64,000 nucleotides of DNA, from positions 135,016 to 199,015 of the forward strand of contig JBFMAW010000008.1 in NCBI GenBank assembly GCA_040755515.1, given 5' to 3'. Below the pieces are notes generated by a model. That model was not told where the DNA came from and did no database searches. It was given only the letters and a program-made list of their open reading frames with translations. Numbering within the stretch: position 1 is the first letter of the stretch; the number at the start of each line of letters is the position of its first letter. The position numbers and the translations under genes are program-made. This stretch comes from Thermodesulfobacteriota bacterium (GTDB lineage Bacteria > Desulfobacterota > Desulfarculia > Adiutricales > JAGVGV01). Of this stretch, positions 60,768 to 64,000 are shown one piece after another.

Positions 60768-61616
60768 TTACACATAGAACCAGGCAATGTTGCCGACGGC
60801 CAGGATCATCGGCAGCGTCCACATGAACCGGACCATCCACATGGTGGTCAAACGGGCGAAGGCGTTATCCACGACGATCTGAAAGAGGAAGCAGGCCGCG
60901 GCCAGGGGCAGACCCACCGCCAGGTTGGTGGCCCAGAACATGACGATGACGCCGAACAGCAGGGCCACTTCATAGAAATGAGTGATTTCGATCAAGGCCA
61001 GATAGGGTCCGGTGAATTCCAGGGTTACGCCCTTGACTATCTCTTGGTGGGCGTGATGGGAGGTGGACACGTCAAAGGGCGATTTTTCCAGTTTTATGAT
61101 CATGGCCGCCAGGTAAGCCAGGAAGACCAGCGGCAGCGCGGTCAAAAGCGGCTGATTCATGTAGATGACGTCCCGGGCCATGAAACTCCAATTCTTGAGG
61201 GCGATGCCCACCACCAGGAGCACCAGGACCGGCTCGTAGGCCAGCATCTGCATGATCTTGCGCTGGCTGCCGATGCGGCTGTAAGGAGACCGCACGCTCA
61301 TGCCGCCCAAAACCAGGGCGATGGTGGAAAAGGCGTGGGCGAACAGGGCCATCAGCATGTCCTGACCCAGGGTCAGCAGCACGAAGACCATGAGCATGAA
61401 GACCAAGTGTAGATAGACGTAGACGGTCTTGACCCGGTTCAGGACCACCGGTTGTTTGCCCAGGAGCTTGAAGACGTCATAGAAGGGCTGGAGAAGGGGA
61501 GGTCCAATACGGCCATGAATGCGTGCGGTGAGCTTCCGGTCCAGGCCCATCAGCAGGCCGCCGATGATGGGCGCCAGAATCAGCACTACGATCACTACAA
61601 CTGTTTGCTCCGTCAT
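60768..61616 (-). CDS. echB: Ech hydrogenase membrane subunit B (NuoH-like)
   Basis: DRKLTAR..GRIGPP..QPFYD and KSPFD.STSHHAHQE motifs. Confidence 0.93.
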   Translation of the reverse strand: MTEQTVVVIVVLILAPIIGGLLMGLDRKLTARIHGRIGPPLLQPFYDVFKLLGKQPVVLNRVKTVYVYLHLVFMLMVFVLLTLGQDMLMALFAHAFSTIALVLGGMSVRSPYSRIGSQRKIMQMLAYEPVLVLLVVGIALKNWSFMARDVIYMNQPLLTALPLVFLAYLAAMIIKLEKSPFDVSTSHHAHQEIVKGVTLEFTGPYLALIEITHFYEVALLFGVIVMFWATNLAVGLPLAAACFLFQIVVDNAFARLTTMWMVRFMWTLPMILAVGNIAWFYV

Positions 61617-61679
61617 AGCTGGTAGCCCGCGCCTTGTTCCACCTCGGCCGGCCGTCCTCAAGGCGGACCGGCCGCCCGA

Positions 61680-63605
61680 TCAACGAAGAGTGATGACCGC
61701 GAACATCGAAAGGGCCAGGACTCCGGCCAGGAGGTTGGCCCAAAAGGTTATGCGCGCTTCCTGGAAGACCGAGGTCATATAAACGCTGGCCCCCCAGGCC
61801 GTGTCGGCTTCATCCTTGAGACCGCGGAAGGAATAGAACAGCCCTTCACCCTCCACGTTTTCGCCACAAAGATAAGGCAGACGGACGTGGCGCGACTTGA
61901 TGGTGGTCCTGGTGATGGCCCAGGCCAGCAGACCGATGCCCAGCAGTATCAACACCGGCGAGGCCATGAACTCGCTCACGGCGTTGAGCTGGGCCAGGGC
62001 CTGGGCCGCGGCCACGGCCGGCAGTTTGCCGGAATAGATGGAAGTGGATAACGGATCGAATATATAGCGATGGATGGGCGTCGCGGCTACGCCGGACAGC
62101 ACCACGATGGCCACCAGGGCGAAATTGGCCAGGAGCATCATCGGATGGATTTTTTCCGGGGCGATGGTGGGGTGGTAGGACACGGTCTGGATGCGGCCCA
62201 TCCATTTCACCCAGAAGACCACGGTCAGGGCGCTGCCGGCCACGATCAACATGAGGTTTATCGGGTGATTGATGGAGGCCTCGATGGCCATCCATTTGCT
62301 GAGCAGCATGCCGAAGGGCGGAATGAGCATGGAGGCCATGCCGATTACGGTGATGACCGTGGTCATGGGCATCCGGAACCTTATCCCGCCCATGTCCTCG
62401 ATGTCGCGGCTGCCGATGTTCTGTTCGATCGAGCCCACGCACAGGAAGAGCAGGCCCTTGGAGGCGGCGTGGAAGCAAAGGATCATGAGCGCGGCCGTAT
62501 AGGCCAGAGGCGTGTTGATGCCGGCGCAGGCCACGATCAGTCCCAGGTTGGAGATGGTCGAGTAGGCCAGCACCTTCTTGGAATTGCTCTGGCCGATGGC
62601 CAGGGCCGCGGCCAGGGCAAAGGTGAAGGCGCCGGTCAGGGCGATCACGGTCATGATCTTTTCCCCGGTGTAGGCCGGGGCCAGGCGCAGAATCAGGTAC
62701 GAACCGGCCTTGACCATGGTGGCGGAATGAAGCAAGGCCGAAACCGGCGTCGGGGCGACCATGGCTCCCAGGAGCCAGCTCTGGAAAGGCATCTGGGCCG
62801 ACTTGGTCAAGGCGCCCAGGCTGAACAGGGCCATGGGCGCCAGGGCCTTGGCCATCATGGCGCCGTGAATCGTCCCGGCGCCGAATTGGGCCAGGGACAA
62901 GGTGGCGCCGGCGGTCATGGCCACTCCGCCGAAAGCGCCGATCGCCAGTTGCAGCCTGGCGTTCTTTTTGGCCTCCTCGGTGCCGTCATGACGGATCAGG
63001 AAATAGGAACAAAGGGTGGTGCATTCCCAGAAGACGCAGACCCATTGCAAGCTGTCCGCCAGCACCAACCCGTTCATCACGCCCAGAAAGCCCACCAGAA
63101 AAAAGAAGAAGCGGCCGGTGCCGGCGGCCGTGGCCGGCGCGTGGTCCTCATGGTGTTTCATGTACCCGATGGCGTACAGGGCTATGAGCGAACCCACTAT
63201 GGTCACGATCAGGACCAGGATGAGGGCCAAGGGGTCCATGACGAACCGCGCCGGCTGGCTCAGCACGGGATCGCGCAGCCGCAGAATCTCATCGGTCAGG
63301 GTCAGGCCCAGGTGGGCCAGCCCGAAGAAGGAGATGAGCCAGCTCCTGATCCTGAAGCCAATGGCTACGACGATCAGTCCCACCAGGACTTCCGCCCCGA
63401 AGGCCAACCATATTCCCGCTTGCCCCCAGGCGGTCAGCGTGAAAACAAAAGTTCCCTGGCTGGCGGTGAAAAGGCCGGCGGCCATGGTGACCACGGCCGC
63501 CAGAGTGACAATGACACTGCGGCTCTTATGATCAGGCGCGGCGTAGGCCAGTAACCCGAACAGAATAGGACCCGCCACCAGTATGGCCAGCAAGACAGCC
63601 GTCAT
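61680..63605 (-). CDS. echA: Ech hydrogenase antiporter-like membrane subunit A (NuoL-like)
   Basis: KSAQMPFQSWL.GAMVAPTPVSALLHSATMVKAG and KKVLAYSTISNLG motifs. Confidence 0.93.
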   Translation of the reverse strand: MTAVLLAILVAGPILFGLLAYAAPDHKSRSVIVTLAAVVTMAAGLFTASQGTFVFTLTAWGQAGIWLAFGAEVLVGLIVVAIGFRIRSWLISFFGLAHLGLTLTDEILRLRDPVLSQPARFVMDPLALILVLIVTIVGSLIALYAIGYMKHHEDHAPATAAGTGRFFFFLVGFLGVMNGLVLADSLQWVCVFWECTTLCSYFLIRHDGTEEAKKNARLQLAIGAFGGVAMTAGATLSLAQFGAGTIHGAMMAKALAPMALFSLGALTKSAQMPFQSWLLGAMVAPTPVSALLHSATMVKAGSYLILRLAPAYTGEKIMTVIALTGAFTFALAAALAIGQSNSKKVLAYSTISNLGLIVACAGINTPLAYTAALMILCFHAASKGLLFLCVGSIEQNIGSRDIEDMGGIRFRMPMTTVITVIGMASMLIPPFGMLLSKWMAIEASINHPINLMLIVAGSALTVVFWVKWMGRIQTVSYHPTIAPEKIHPMMLLANFALVAIVVLSGVAATPIHRYIFDPLSTSIYSGKLPAVAAAQALAQLNAVSEFMASPVLILLGIGLLAWAITRTTIKSRHVRLPYLCGENVEGEGLFYSFRGLKDEADTAWGASVYMTSVFQEARITFWANLLAGVLALSMFAVITLR

Positions 63606-63657
63606 CGCCAAAGGCTCCTTTACTGGTTCTGGTACCCCCTGCCGGTTTTTATTACAG

Positions 63658-63673
63658 GCAACGAATATGCCAA
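63658..63673 (-). promoter_or_regulatory. Sigma54 (-24/-12) promoter of the ech operon
   Basis: Minus strand TTGGCATATTCGTTGC with exact GG-N10-GC spacing; AT-rich tract upstream. Confidence 0.75.
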
Positions 63674-63817
63674 AAGCCCGATGGAGTTTCGCTTCAGTAA
63701 CCGGCTTATTTCATTGCTAATTAATTTGATAAAGCCGAGTCCGCCCCGGTCGTTGCCGCTCCCGGCTGTCAGGTTTTTTTCCTTTTCGTAAAGGCTGAGG
63801 GGCCTGGCGCGGTTCGG

Positions 63818-64000
63818 CTAATAGACCGCGCAGCGGACATCGAAATGCTTGTTTACGCTGACGGTCGGACAGGCCGACCGAATGGCCACCTGGGCCACGG
63901 TCGAGCCGAGAAAGGCTTTCTCCGGGTCTTTGTTTTTAGCGTGATGGGCCATCAGGATCAGGTCCGCCTTTTCCCGTCGGGCGACCTTCAGTATTTCCAC
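63818..64000 (-). CDS. Universal stress protein (C-terminal part; truncated by the window edge)
   Basis: ADLILMAHH...LGSTVAQV...CP.VSV. Confidence 0.75.
   Translation of the reverse strand: MEILKVARREKADLILMAHHAKNKDPEKAFLGSTVAQVAIRSACPTVSVNKHFDVRCAVY

Noticed and set aside
62070-63554. 494-aa ORF on the + strand
   Set aside because: Antisense shadow of echA

Overview
A GC-rich bacterial chromosomal window, gene-dense with about 68 CDSs. The gene content (Ech hydrogenase, HdrC-like protein, several sigma54 activators, REC-TPR proteins, class III PHA synthase) suggests an anaerobic Desulfobacterota/deltaproteobacterium, by inference. Main blocks: (1) a lower-GC TAXI-TRAP transporter plus tartrate/D-malate dehydrogenase; (2) a chemosensory operon with no chemoreceptor gene (REC-HK, REC, cheA, cheW, cheR, cheB, diguanylate cyclase), whose CheA carries four MshEN c-di-GMP-binding motifs; (3) a divergent GAF-PAS kinase/NtrC pair followed by a sigma54 promoter and a mini-DnaJ; (4) a small inverted-repeat-bounded mobile remnant; (5) a divergent Tat-exported Mo/FeS/cytochrome b redox module; (6) a PHA cluster (two candidate phasins, phaE, phaC, phaJ); (7) a HEPN-MNT toxin-antitoxin pair; (8) a degenerate FHA-GAF-bEBP followed by corC-lnt-prfB with the programmed frameshift; (9) a complete echABCDEF operon with a sigma54 promoter. 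I saw no rRNA, tRNA or CRISPR array. All product calls come from motifs read by eye; no database search was run.
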